Positions 36,555-45,018 of a stretch of 64,000 nt of DNA are shown here, piece after piece (position 1 is the first letter of the stretch; every line of letters begins with the position of its first letter). A program made the translations under genes and the position numbers. The stretch spans positions 64,861 to 128,860 of the forward strand of contig JBCCHT010000036.1 in the NCBI GenBank assembly GCA_039028615.1. Reading direction: 5' to 3'. Origin of the DNA: Myxococcota bacterium (GTDB lineage: Bacteria > Myxococcota_A > Polyangia > Nannocystales > Nannocystaceae). The notes below the pieces were generated by a model, which worked only from the letters and a program-made list of their open reading frames with translations, did not search any database and had not been told where the DNA came from.

Positions 36555-38249
36555 TCACTTGAAGATCCGCCGGAATCGGTTGTCTCGCAGGTTCACCGTT
36601 CGGTTCAGCACGAGCCGCTCGTCGGTCGAGTCGGGGTCGACACAGAAGTAGCCGACGCGCTCGAACTGGACCACGGTGCCCGGCTCGGTGCCGATGATCG
36701 AAGGCTCGACGACGGCATCGTCGAGGACTTCGAGCGAGTCGGGCTCGAGGTAGTCGGTGATCGGCGCGGAGCCGTCGTAACCGTCGACCTCGGCCGTGAA
36801 CAGCTCGCCATACATGCGCAGCTGCACGGGCACCGCCTGGGCAGCGTTGACCCACTGGATGGTGCCCTTGACCTTGCGGACCTTGCCGCCGGGGACCCAC
36901 TTGCTGTCGGGATCGTAGGTCGCCCGCAGCTCGGTGACCTCGCCCGTCTCGGGGTCTTTGATCACCTCGGTGCACTTGATGATGTACGCCGAGCGCAGTC
37001 GTACCTCTCGGCCCGGGGCGAGGCGGTGGTACTTGGGCGGCGGCTCCTCCATGAAGTCGCTGCGGTCGATGTAGATCTCGTGGCCGAAGCTCACCGTCCG
37101 CTTGCCGCGGCTGTCGTCGCCCGGGAGGTTGGAGGCCTGGAAGTCGTCGGTCTGCCCCTCGGGGTAGTTTTCGATGACGACCTTCAGCGGCCGGGGCACG
37201 CCCATCACCCGCGACGCGGTCTTGTTGAGCGCCTCGCGAACGAAGTGGTCCATCAACGCCCGGTCGACCATGCCCGGCGACGCGCCCGAGACCCCCAGGG
37301 CCGAGCAGAACTCGCGAATGGCCGAGGCGGGGCAGCCCCGTCGACGCATGCCGCTCATGGTGGGCATGCGGGGGTCGTCCCAGCCCGCCACGTGTCCGTC
37401 CTCGACCAGCACCTTCATGTGCCGCTTGCTGAGGATGGTGCGGCTCACCGAAATCTCGGCGAACTCGATCTGGCGCGGGGGCTCGACGAAGTCGAGGGCC
37501 TCGAGGAACCAGTCGTACAGCGGCCGGTGGTTGGCGAATTCCTTGCCGCAGGTGGAGTGCGTGACGCCCTCGAACGCATCGGAGAGCGGATGGGCAAAGT
37601 CGTAGAGCGGATAGATTTTCCAGTCGCCCGCCCGGTGATGCGGCTGGTGCATCACGCGATAGACGATGGGGTCCCGCATGTTCATGTTCGAGGCGGCGGG
37701 GTCGATCTTGGCGCGCAGCACCAGGGTCCCCGGCTCGTGCTTGCCGTCCCGCATCTCGCGAAACAGCGTCAGGTTCTCCTCGACCGAGCGGTCCCGGTAC
37801 GGCGAGGGCCGCCCCGGCGTGTGGAAGTCACCCCGGTAGTCGCGAATCTCTTCGGTGGTCAGCGACTCGACATAGGCCAAGCCCTTTTCGATCAGCTTCT
37901 CCGCGCACTCGTACAGCCGCGGGAAGTAGTCGGACGCATGGAAGACCCGCCCCTCCAGGCCGTGCCCCAAAAACCATTCGAGGTCGTGGATCATCGCGTC
38001 GACGAAGCGCTGCTCCTCCTTGCTCGGATTGGTGTCATCCATGCGGAGGTTGAACAGCCCCTCGAAGCGCTCGGCCAAGCCATGCCCCACCGACGCCGCC
38101 TTGGCGTGGCCGATGTGCATGAAGCCGTTGGGCTCCGGAGGAAACCGCGTGCAGATCGGGCGTGTGTAGCGACCGGCCTCCAGATCGGCGGCAATTTCAT
38201 CGGCGATGAAATTCGAAGGGGCGTCCTCTTCCGAGCGCTCGTCACGCAT
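36555..38249 (-). CDS. glnS: Glutaminyl-tRNA synthetase
   Basis: TRFPPEPNGFMHIGHAK, DDTNP, MRDP, YDFAH, LSKR, GWDDPRMPT, QFERVGYFC. Confidence 0.96.
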   Translation of the reverse strand: MRDERSEEDAPSNFIADEIAADLEAGRYTRPICTRFPPEPNGFMHIGHAKAASVGHGLAERFEGLFNLRMDDTNPSKEEQRFVDAMIHDLEWFLGHGLEGRVFHASDYFPRLYECAEKLIEKGLAYVESLTTEEIRDYRGDFHTPGRPSPYRDRSVEENLTLFREMRDGKHEPGTLVLRAKIDPAASNMNMRDPIVYRVMHQPHHRAGDWKIYPLYDFAHPLSDAFEGVTHSTCGKEFANHRPLYDWFLEALDFVEPPRQIEFAEISVSRTILSKRHMKVLVEDGHVAGWDDPRMPTMSGMRRRGCPASAIREFCSALGVSGASPGMVDRALMDHFVREALNKTASRVMGVPRPLKVVIENYPEGQTDDFQASNLPGDDSRGKRTVSFGHEIYIDRSDFMEEPPPKYHRLAPGREVRLRSAYIIKCTEVIKDPETGEVTELRATYDPDSKWVPGGKVRKVKGTIQWVNAAQAVPVQLRMYGELFTAEVDGYDGSAPITDYLEPDSLEVLDDAVVEPSIIGTEPGTVVQFERVGYFCVDPDSTDERLVLNRTVNLRDNRFRRIFK

Positions 38250-38346
38250 GTCCAGATCGGATATCGCCTTCCGTCTGGGCGTGTCAACGGCTCCGCATCA
38301 TCGCGGACGACCCCCGAAGCTCACTCGCGACGCCTCGACGGCGCGC

Positions 38347-40158
38347 TCACGGGAAGGTGAGTTCGTCGGAGACCTCTCCGACGCAGCCGGAGTCGCCATC
38401 GGGTGCACTCACGGCCAGTCCGTCCCCCCGCACGCCGCCCAGGCCCCCCATGCCGGGTGCGCCCGCGGTCCCGCCCATGAAGGAGACATTGCCGGTCGTG
38501 ACCATCGTCATGCCCACCGAGGCAATGCCGATGCTCATCCCTCCGCAGCCGCCGGGGCCTCCCCCGCCGCCGCCTCCGGCCCCGCCGTCGCCACCGTTGT
38601 CACCCGGCTCGGGCTCCTCGCCACAGGTCGCGCAGGGACAGGGCGGTGCGCCCGTGCCGAAGTCGCCCGCCGTCCCTCCATCGCCGCCGTCCCCCCCGGG
38701 ACCGCCGTTGCCTCCGACCCCGAGCATGATGTCGGTGTTGGTGATCTCGATCTCGGAGTCGATGATGACCACGGCAAACGAGGCGCCTCCCGACTCGCCG
38801 GGCAGGCCGCCGTCGCCACCGCAGCCGCCCGAGCCACCGCCGCCGCCACCACCACTGCACGGCTCTTCACCCGGGGCGATGTCGCAGCCGAAGGGATCGC
38901 TGTCGAAGCCACCCGCTCCGCCACCGCCTCCCCCGCCACCGTTGAGGCCGTCGGTGGCCGCCGCGCCGACGGGCGGGATCCAAAAGCCGCTCGCCGAGAA
39001 CTCGCCGTCGATGTCGGCCGAGGCGACACCGCCCCCGCCGCTGCCTCCGACCGCCCCGGGCAGGCCCACCGCGCCCGGGCTCGCGCCGTCGAAGCAGCCG
39101 TCGCAGTTGCTCGACCCCGCGCCTCCGCCCGCGCCGACCATGGTGCCGTCGCCTCCCGCCGAGCCATCGGTGCCGTCTTCCGAGGGGCAGATGTTGCCGT
39201 TGCCGCCCTGCCCTCCGACCGCGCCGCAGGCGGAGACTCCACCTGCACCGCCGAGGCCCAGGTCGGCGTTCATGCCGTCGACGCCGTTGGGCCCGTCGGA
39301 GCCGTCCGAGCCGTCGTTGCCGTCACTACCCGTGCCACCGACGATGGTGCAGTGGTCGATGAGCAGCATCTGGCCGGGCGAGTCCCGGACCCAGACGCCA
39401 TAGGTCGCATCCCCCGAACCGCCCACGTTGGCGCCGACCAGCGTCAATCCATCGATCTCGGTGGGTTCGTTGATGTCGTTGGCGATGAGCGCCCGGTCCT
39501 CGACCGCCTCGACGGTCGTGTCGTTGTTGGCCACGCTGCGATTCCACGAGCTGGCGTCGTAGCCTCCGTAGAGGCTGCTGCCCGCCCCCACCGTCACCGT
39601 CTCGGCGTAGACGCCCTCGGCGATCAGCACGTCGCGGGGAGGGTTGAAGCCCTGAGCGATCTGGATGCCGCGCCCGATGGTGGCGACCGGGTCGTCGGGG
39701 CTCAGGCCGCTGGCCGCATCGTTGCCGCCCAGCTCGCTCACGAACACCGAGCAATGCCGCAGGCCATCGATGCCGTCGCCGTTTTCGTCCATGCCCTCGA
39801 TGTCGGGGACGTCGACGCCGTCGCAGCCGCAGCCGGGGTCCTCGGGCCCACAGAAGCCGTCGCCCGTGCTGCCCGAGCTGTCGTCTTCGCCGCCGGTCGT
39901 GGTGCCCGTGTCGTCGGCGCCATCCGAGCTGGCGCCGTCGCTGCTGCTGCCGCCCGTATCGCCCGTGCCCCCCATCGGGGTCGCCGCGCCCGTGCTCGGG
40001 TCGCTGACCGGCGGGGTCACGCCGCCCGTGGTCTCCCCGCCCGCCGATGCCGAGCTGTCGCCCGACTCGGTGATGATGACCGAGCCTTCCCCACACGCGG
40101 CGACGGTCAGCGAAAGACAACCGGTAAGCAGAACAAGACCACGAAGACAGGGCAGCAT
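38347..40158 (-). CDS. Gly/Cys-rich surface lipoprotein (PGRS-like tail)
   Basis: Lipobox VAAC, DENGDGIDG, FVS...GND...P...TI motif, long GGxGG repeats with paired Cys. Confidence 0.75.
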   Translation of the reverse strand: MLPCLRGLVLLTGCLSLTVAACGEGSVIITESGDSSASAGGETTGGVTPPVSDPSTGAATPMGGTGDTGGSSSDGASSDGADDTGTTTGGEDDSSGSTGDGFCGPEDPGCGCDGVDVPDIEGMDENGDGIDGLRHCSVFVSELGGNDAASGLSPDDPVATIGRGIQIAQGFNPPRDVLIAEGVYAETVTVGAGSSLYGGYDASSWNRSVANNDTTVEAVEDRALIANDINEPTEIDGLTLVGANVGGSGDATYGVWVRDSPGQMLLIDHCTIVGGTGSDGNDGSDGSDGPNGVDGMNADLGLGGAGGVSACGAVGGQGGNGNICPSEDGTDGSAGGDGTMVGAGGGAGSSNCDGCFDGASPGAVGLPGAVGGSGGGGVASADIDGEFSASGFWIPPVGAAATDGLNGGGGGGGGAGGFDSDPFGCDIAPGEEPCSGGGGGGGSGGCGGDGGLPGESGGASFAVVIIDSEIEITNTDIMLGVGGNGGPGGDGGDGGTAGDFGTGAPPCPCATCGEEPEPGDNGGDGGAGGGGGGGPGGCGGMSIGIASVGMTMVTTGNVSFMGGTAGAPGMGGLGGVRGDGLAVSAPDGDSGCVGEVSDELTFP

Positions 40159-40224
40159 CCGTGCGTCATAGCGTCCCCGCGTCGGCGCTGACAAGCACCG
40201 ACGCGATTGACCCAGGGCGCAGCG

Positions 40225-41187
40225 CTAGACGCCGTCGACGGAGTATCGGGCCATGTCCAGGTGGAAATGGTTGCGATGGGCCCGGTCGAACGAGGGCGTC
40301 AGGACCACCGAGAACACGCGTTCGTCGTACAGGCGCCGGGCCACGGCACGAAGGAACTTGGCTCGCTTGGTCTTCGCCTCGGTGCCGGTCTTCGCGTAGT
40401 GATCGAGGACCGAAATGGTGCCCCCACCGCGCAGGTGGAATTCCTTGATGTCGATCGCGTTGGCGTAGCTGTGCTCGCTGACCCACCCGGGGTAGTTGGC
40501 CATCTCGCGGCAGTTGTACGTGCCCATGTGCTTGATGCGCTTGATCCGGCGCTCGAAGTAGCGCTCGGCCTCCTCCTGGACGATGGCCTCCATCTTCGCC
40601 ATGGCCAGCGCGACGCCGCACGTGACCTTGGGCCCGCCACCCCACGAGATTCCGCCGGGGCCGCCGCGGTAGCGAACGATCTGCTCCGCGCCGCAGTAGT
40701 AGCCGCCCTTGGTCTCGTGCAGAGGGATCCGCGACGCCGTGAACTCCACCCCCGCCGTCTCGAGCTTGCCCTCGCAATCGGGGATCACCTCGGGAGGACC
40801 GACCCAGTCCGAGTCGTCGTCGTCCTCGTCCTGCGCGTCTTCATGGTCGTGGGTGTGCACGGACTCGGGCGTCGGGTCGGCCATGGCCACCACCGCCTTG
40901 GGCGTTTCCGCCTCGTCGGCTGCGTCCGCGTGCTCGGGGTTGCGCACCACCGAGTCGGCGCCCGCCTCGGCCTTGTCGGCCATGTCCATGTCCATCTGCG
41001 GAGGCGAGGCCGCCTCGGCCCGTTCGGAGGTGTGCCGTTCATCCAGCGCGGAGCACGCGCTCGCCCACGCCAACATCAGTCCTACGGATACGGCTGCACC
41101 TCGTCCCAAGCTCATTGCCTCGATCAACGCACGAGGCGCCGATTTGGTTCCGTGGCCGGGCCTACGCGGTCGCTGCCATACTCGCAT
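40225..41187 (-). CDS. Extensin-like C-terminal domain protein (putative peptidoglycan-related lipoprotein)
   Basis: GTYNCR...SEHSYANAIDI...VLTP...HRNHFHLD; start probably downstream of 41187. Confidence 0.8.
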   Translation of the reverse strand: MRVWQRPRRPGHGTKSAPRALIEAMSLGRGAAVSVGLMLAWASACSALDERHTSERAEAASPPQMDMDMADKAEAGADSVVRNPEHADAADEAETPKAVVAMADPTPESVHTHDHEDAQDEDDDDSDWVGPPEVIPDCEGKLETAGVEFTASRIPLHETKGGYYCGAEQIVRYRGGPGGISWGGGPKVTCGVALAMAKMEAIVQEEAERYFERRIKRIKHMGTYNCREMANYPGWVSEHSYANAIDIKEFHLRGGGTISVLDHYAKTGTEAKTKRAKFLRAVARRLYDERVFSVVLTPSFDRAHRNHFHLDMARYSVDGV

Positions 41188-41189
41188 CG

Positions 41190-42287
41190 ATGCGTGCCGC
41201 CCCCCTGCTGCTGATCTCGATGCTCGCGGCCAGTGGCTGTCTCACCTCGCCCCACCCCAAGCCGGCGCCCGAACGCGCCCAGACCCCCGCGCCTCGCTCC
41301 ATGCTCATGGGCGAGGCGGACGAGATCGTCGCCGCGTTCGCCAGCGGCGACGTCGACCGCATCGCCGCGCGCATGACCCCGCGCTTGCACGAGCGGCTGA
41401 CCGTCGCCGACCTGCAGCTATCGGGCTCATGGCTGCGGGAGACCTACGGCGAGCCGCTCGGCATCCTCGAAGAGCGCATCGCTCGAGAGGGTGATCTCCA
41501 GTGGTACTCGGGGCTCGTCGTGCACTCCAAGTCCAGGGGGCGACGCGGCGCCACGCTGACCCCGGTGCTCTACCAGTTCGCTCTCACCCGCACCCGGCAG
41601 CTGGAGCGACTGCTCGTCCGCGAGCACTGGTTCATCGAGCACGTCGAGCCGCCCGCGGAGAACTTCGTGCCCGTCACCCGCTTCCACGTTCCCGCCCACG
41701 GCGAATGGACGGTGAGCCAGGGCGGCCCCACCCGCGAGCTCAACGCCCACCACGGCTCGGTCTCCCAGCGCTTCGCGTACGACCTGGTGCTGGTCATCGA
41801 CGGCCGCTTCCGCAAGCGCGACGCCCCGGCAAAGAGCAACGAGGCCTACTTCGGCTACGGCCAACCCCTGCTCGCCCCGGCCGCCGGGGAAGTCATCCGG
41901 GTGGTCGAAGGCGTGCCCGACAACGTGCCCAAGACCATGGGCCGGGCCGGGGGCAACGGCGTCGTCATCGACCACGGCTTCGGCGAGTTCTCGTCGCTGT
42001 GGCACGCCAAGACAGGCAGCGTGCAGGTGAAGGTCGGCGACCACGTGGAGCCGGGCCAGGTCATCGGGCAGGTCGGCAACAGCGGGCGCAGCTCGGGCGC
42101 CCACATCCACTTTCACGTGACGCGCAACGACGGCGACTTCGGCCTACCCGCGCCGCTGGTCGATCTGCGGGTCGACGGCGCCCCCAAAGATCTGGCGCTG
42201 CCCGTGAAGGGCGCCAAGATCGAGTCCCGCGCCACACTCGGCGACGTGGCCGAAGCCGCGACCCCCCGCGTGTTCGTCGACGCCTGA
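41190..42287 (+). CDS. M23-family metallopeptidase lipoprotein
   Basis: Lipobox ASGC, AYDL, APAAGEV, GNGVVIDH, H...GSVQVKVGD...GNSGRSSGAHIHF. Confidence 0.88.
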   Translation: MRAAPLLLISMLAASGCLTSPHPKPAPERAQTPAPRSMLMGEADEIVAAFASGDVDRIAARMTPRLHERLTVADLQLSGSWLRETYGEPLGILEERIAREGDLQWYSGLVVHSKSRGRRGATLTPVLYQFALTRTRQLERLLVREHWFIEHVEPPAENFVPVTRFHVPAHGEWTVSQGGPTRELNAHHGSVSQRFAYDLVLVIDGRFRKRDAPAKSNEAYFGYGQPLLAPAAGEVIRVVEGVPDNVPKTMGRAGGNGVVIDHGFGEFSSLWHAKTGSVQVKVGDHVEPGQVIGQVGNSGRSSGAHIHFHVTRNDGDFGLPAPLVDLRVDGAPKDLALPVKGAKIESRATLGDVAEAATPRVFVDA

Positions 42288-42405
42288 CTGCGCAAGGTCA
42301 TGCGCGGCACGGCGTCACCGACTCTGACCGATCGGAAGAAAGGCCGGGCTACGGTCGGCATCGATCACCTGGACAAGGCCGACCCCCGTCGGTAGCACGG
42401 CCTCA

Positions 42406-43296
42406 GTGGAGGAGCGTCCCGACGGCCCCGGTCGCCTGACCGTGGTGCTCACGGTCACCGTCCTGTGTCTGATCTGGGGCAGCACCTGGCTGGTCATCAA
42501 GACGGGGCTGCGGGATCTCCCGGTCATGACCTCGGCCGCCGCCCGCTTCACGATCGCCGCGGTCGCCATGACCGTGATCGCCCCCGCGTTGCACCGCCGC
42601 GAAGGCGGCACCCGGCCGCCGCGCTGGCTGGCGCTGGTGATGGGCACGCTGAACTTCGCCGTCTCGTACGGGGTGGTCTACGTCGCCGAGACCGTGATTC
42701 CGTCGGGACTCGCGAGCGTGCTGTGGGCGGTATTTCCCCTGCTCACAGCCGCTCTAGGCCATGTTTGGCTGCCCGGCGAGCGCCTGCGCGGCCGCCAGTG
42801 GGCCGGTTTGGCCGTCGGCCTGCTGGGCGTCGTGGTCCTGTTTCTCACCGACCTGCGCAGCCTCGGACCCACCGCCATCGGGGCGGGCGCGTTGCTGCTG
42901 ATAAGCCCCCTCGCCGCCGCCATCGGGCAGGTCACCATCAAGCGCCACGGCCGCGAGTGCTCCGCCACGCTGCTCAACCGCGACGCGATGTTCGTCGGCG
43001 CGATCATTTTGTGGCTCTGCGCACTCCCCTTCGAATCGCCGCTCGACGCCAACCTCACTCCCACCGCGGTGGGGAGCGTCCTCTATCTGGCCGTGATGGG
43101 CACCGCGGTGACCTTCGGGCTGTACTACTGGCTGCTGCGCTACGTGTCGGCCAGCGGCCTGAGCCTCATCGCCTACGTCACCCCGGCCGTTGCACTGTGG
43201 CTCGGCTTCGCCGTCGACGGCGAGCCGCTCACCATGTTCACGCTGGCTGGCACCGGTCTCGTCTTCCTCGGCATCGTCGGCGCACTTCGACGGTGA
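42406..43296 (+). CDS. EamA/DMT-family transporter
   Basis: IWGSTWLVIK, about 10 TM segments, GER, YLAVMGT, P..A..LG....GE. Confidence 0.9.
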   Translation: MEERPDGPGRLTVVLTVTVLCLIWGSTWLVIKTGLRDLPVMTSAAARFTIAAVAMTVIAPALHRREGGTRPPRWLALVMGTLNFAVSYGVVYVAETVIPSGLASVLWAVFPLLTAALGHVWLPGERLRGRQWAGLAVGLLGVVVLFLTDLRSLGPTAIGAGALLLISPLAAAIGQVTIKRHGRECSATLLNRDAMFVGAIILWLCALPFESPLDANLTPTAVGSVLYLAVMGTAVTFGLYYWLLRYVSASGLSLIAYVTPAVALWLGFAVDGEPLTMFTLAGTGLVFLGIVGALRR

Positions 43297-43356
43297 GAAC
43301 GCTGACACCGACGAAGGTTCGGGCGCTCGATCGCAGGTGTTATCCTGCCACTGCTC

Positions 43357-45018
43357 TTGCCGCATTTGCCCGTGTCCACCTCCACCGACGATGAGCTGAT
43401 CGCACGATGGCGCAGTGAGCCCGCGCCCCTCCTTCCGTTGCTTCACGCGTTCCACGACCGTGATGGCTACTTGAGCGACGATGCCCTGCGGGCGGTCGCC
43501 AAGGGGCTACGGATGCCCATCGCCGATCTGTTCGGAACCGTCACCTTCTATCACCACTTCTCTCGGCAAGCGCCGGGTAAGGCGGCGGCCCGGGTCTGCG
43601 ACGGGCCGGTGTGCAAGCGGCGTGGCACCCAGGCATTGCTCGATGGCTTGCCCGACGCCACCGCGATGCCCTGTGCTGGCCGCTGCGACGGGCCGATTCC
43701 GGTCCTGAAGGGCGACGAAGTGCTCGTGGGATGCAGCCCCGACGTGCTGGTGGCAGAGCCCTCGCCGCTCCCGCCGGACTATCCCGGCACCGCGGGCGAG
43801 TGCGTGTTCTCGGAGATTCGCACGCCGGGTCGGGCCACGCTCGAGGGCTATCGCGCCTCGGGCGGCTACGAGGCGCTCGGCCTCACTCGGCAGTCACTGT
43901 CGCCCGCGCAGGTCATCGAGACGATCGGCGACAGCAAACTGGCCGGGCGCGGCGGCGCCGGCTTCCCCACCGGGCGCAAGTGGCAGGCGGTGGCCGACGC
44001 CCCGGGCGGACCCAAGACCATCGTGTGCAACGCCGACGAGGGCGAGCCCGGCTGCTTCAAAGACCGCGCGCTCATGGACCACGACCCGCATGCGCTCGTG
44101 GAGGGCATGGCGATCGCGGCCTACGCCACGGGAGCCACGCGGGGCTTCATCTATCTCCGCTACGAGTACCCGGACACCATGGCGATCCTCGAGCGGGCGA
44201 TCGAGGAGGCCAAGGGCGCGGGCTGGCTCGACGGCTTCGACCTGTACGTGCGGCGCGGCGCCGGGGCCTACGTCTGCGGGGAAGAGACCTCGCTGCTCAA
44301 CAGCCTCGAGGGCAAGCACCCCTTCCCGCGCAACCGGCCGCCCTATCCCGTCACGCACGGCTTCGAGGACAAGCCCACCGTCGTCAACAACGTCGAGACC
44401 CTGTGCGCCGTGCCGCAGATTCTGCGCCGCGAACCGCAGTGGTATCGCGACCTGGGCCAAGGCGAGCACGCGGGCACCAAGGTCATCAGCCTCTCGGGCG
44501 ACATCGCACGGCCGGGCAACTACGAGGTACCCATCGGGCTGCCGCTGAAGGTCCTGCTCGAGGACTGGGCCGGAGGCCCCGAGCCGGGGCGCAGCGTGCA
44601 AGCGGTGACCATGGCCGGGCTGTCGGGCGGCTTGCTCGGACCCGAGGCCCTCGACGTCACCCTCGACGAGCCCTGCCTGCGAGGCCGCGGCGCCTTCCTG
44701 GGCGCGGGCGGCATCATGGTCTTCGACGACACCCGCGACATGGTCGAGGTCGCCCGCGAGGCGATGTCGTTTTTCGCCCACGAGTCCTGCGGCAAGTGCT
44801 TTCCCTGCCGCATCGGCACCAAGCGGCTCACCGAGCGCCTCGGCACGGGCGGTCCCCAAGACCCCGATGGCTGGACGGCCGAGGTCATGGACATCGGCGA
44901 CGCCATGAAGGCCACCAGCGCCTGCGGTCTGGGCACCGCAGCTCCTCTCATCACCGATAGCTTGCTTCGCTACTTTCCAGACCAGGTGGCGCGCCACCTC
45001 ACCGGGAGGAAGGCATGA
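43357..45018 (+). CDS. NAD-linked formate dehydrogenase beta subunit (NuoE+NuoF-like fusion)
   Basis: VTFYHHF, CDGPVC...CAGRC (2Fe-2S), GRGGAGFPTGRKW, NADEGEPG, GAGAYVCGEETSL, ESCGKCFPCRIG...SACGLG. Confidence 0.92.
   Translation: MPHLPVSTSTDDELIARWRSEPAPLLPLLHAFHDRDGYLSDDALRAVAKGLRMPIADLFGTVTFYHHFSRQAPGKAAARVCDGPVCKRRGTQALLDGLPDATAMPCAGRCDGPIPVLKGDEVLVGCSPDVLVAEPSPLPPDYPGTAGECVFSEIRTPGRATLEGYRASGGYEALGLTRQSLSPAQVIETIGDSKLAGRGGAGFPTGRKWQAVADAPGGPKTIVCNADEGEPGCFKDRALMDHDPHALVEGMAIAAYATGATRGFIYLRYEYPDTMAILERAIEEAKGAGWLDGFDLYVRRGAGAYVCGEETSLLNSLEGKHPFPRNRPPYPVTHGFEDKPTVVNNVETLCAVPQILRREPQWYRDLGQGEHAGTKVISLSGDIARPGNYEVPIGLPLKVLLEDWAGGPEPGRSVQAVTMAGLSGGLLGPEALDVTLDEPCLRGRGAFLGAGGIMVFDDTRDMVEVAREAMSFFAHESCGKCFPCRIGTKRLTERLGTGGPQDPDGWTAEVMDIGDAMKATSACGLGTAAPLITDSLLRYFPDQVARHLTGRKA

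Noticed and set aside
42109..42124. parS-like TTTCACGTGA
   Set aside because: Incomplete palindrome inside the M23 coding sequence (HFHV codons), far from parB.
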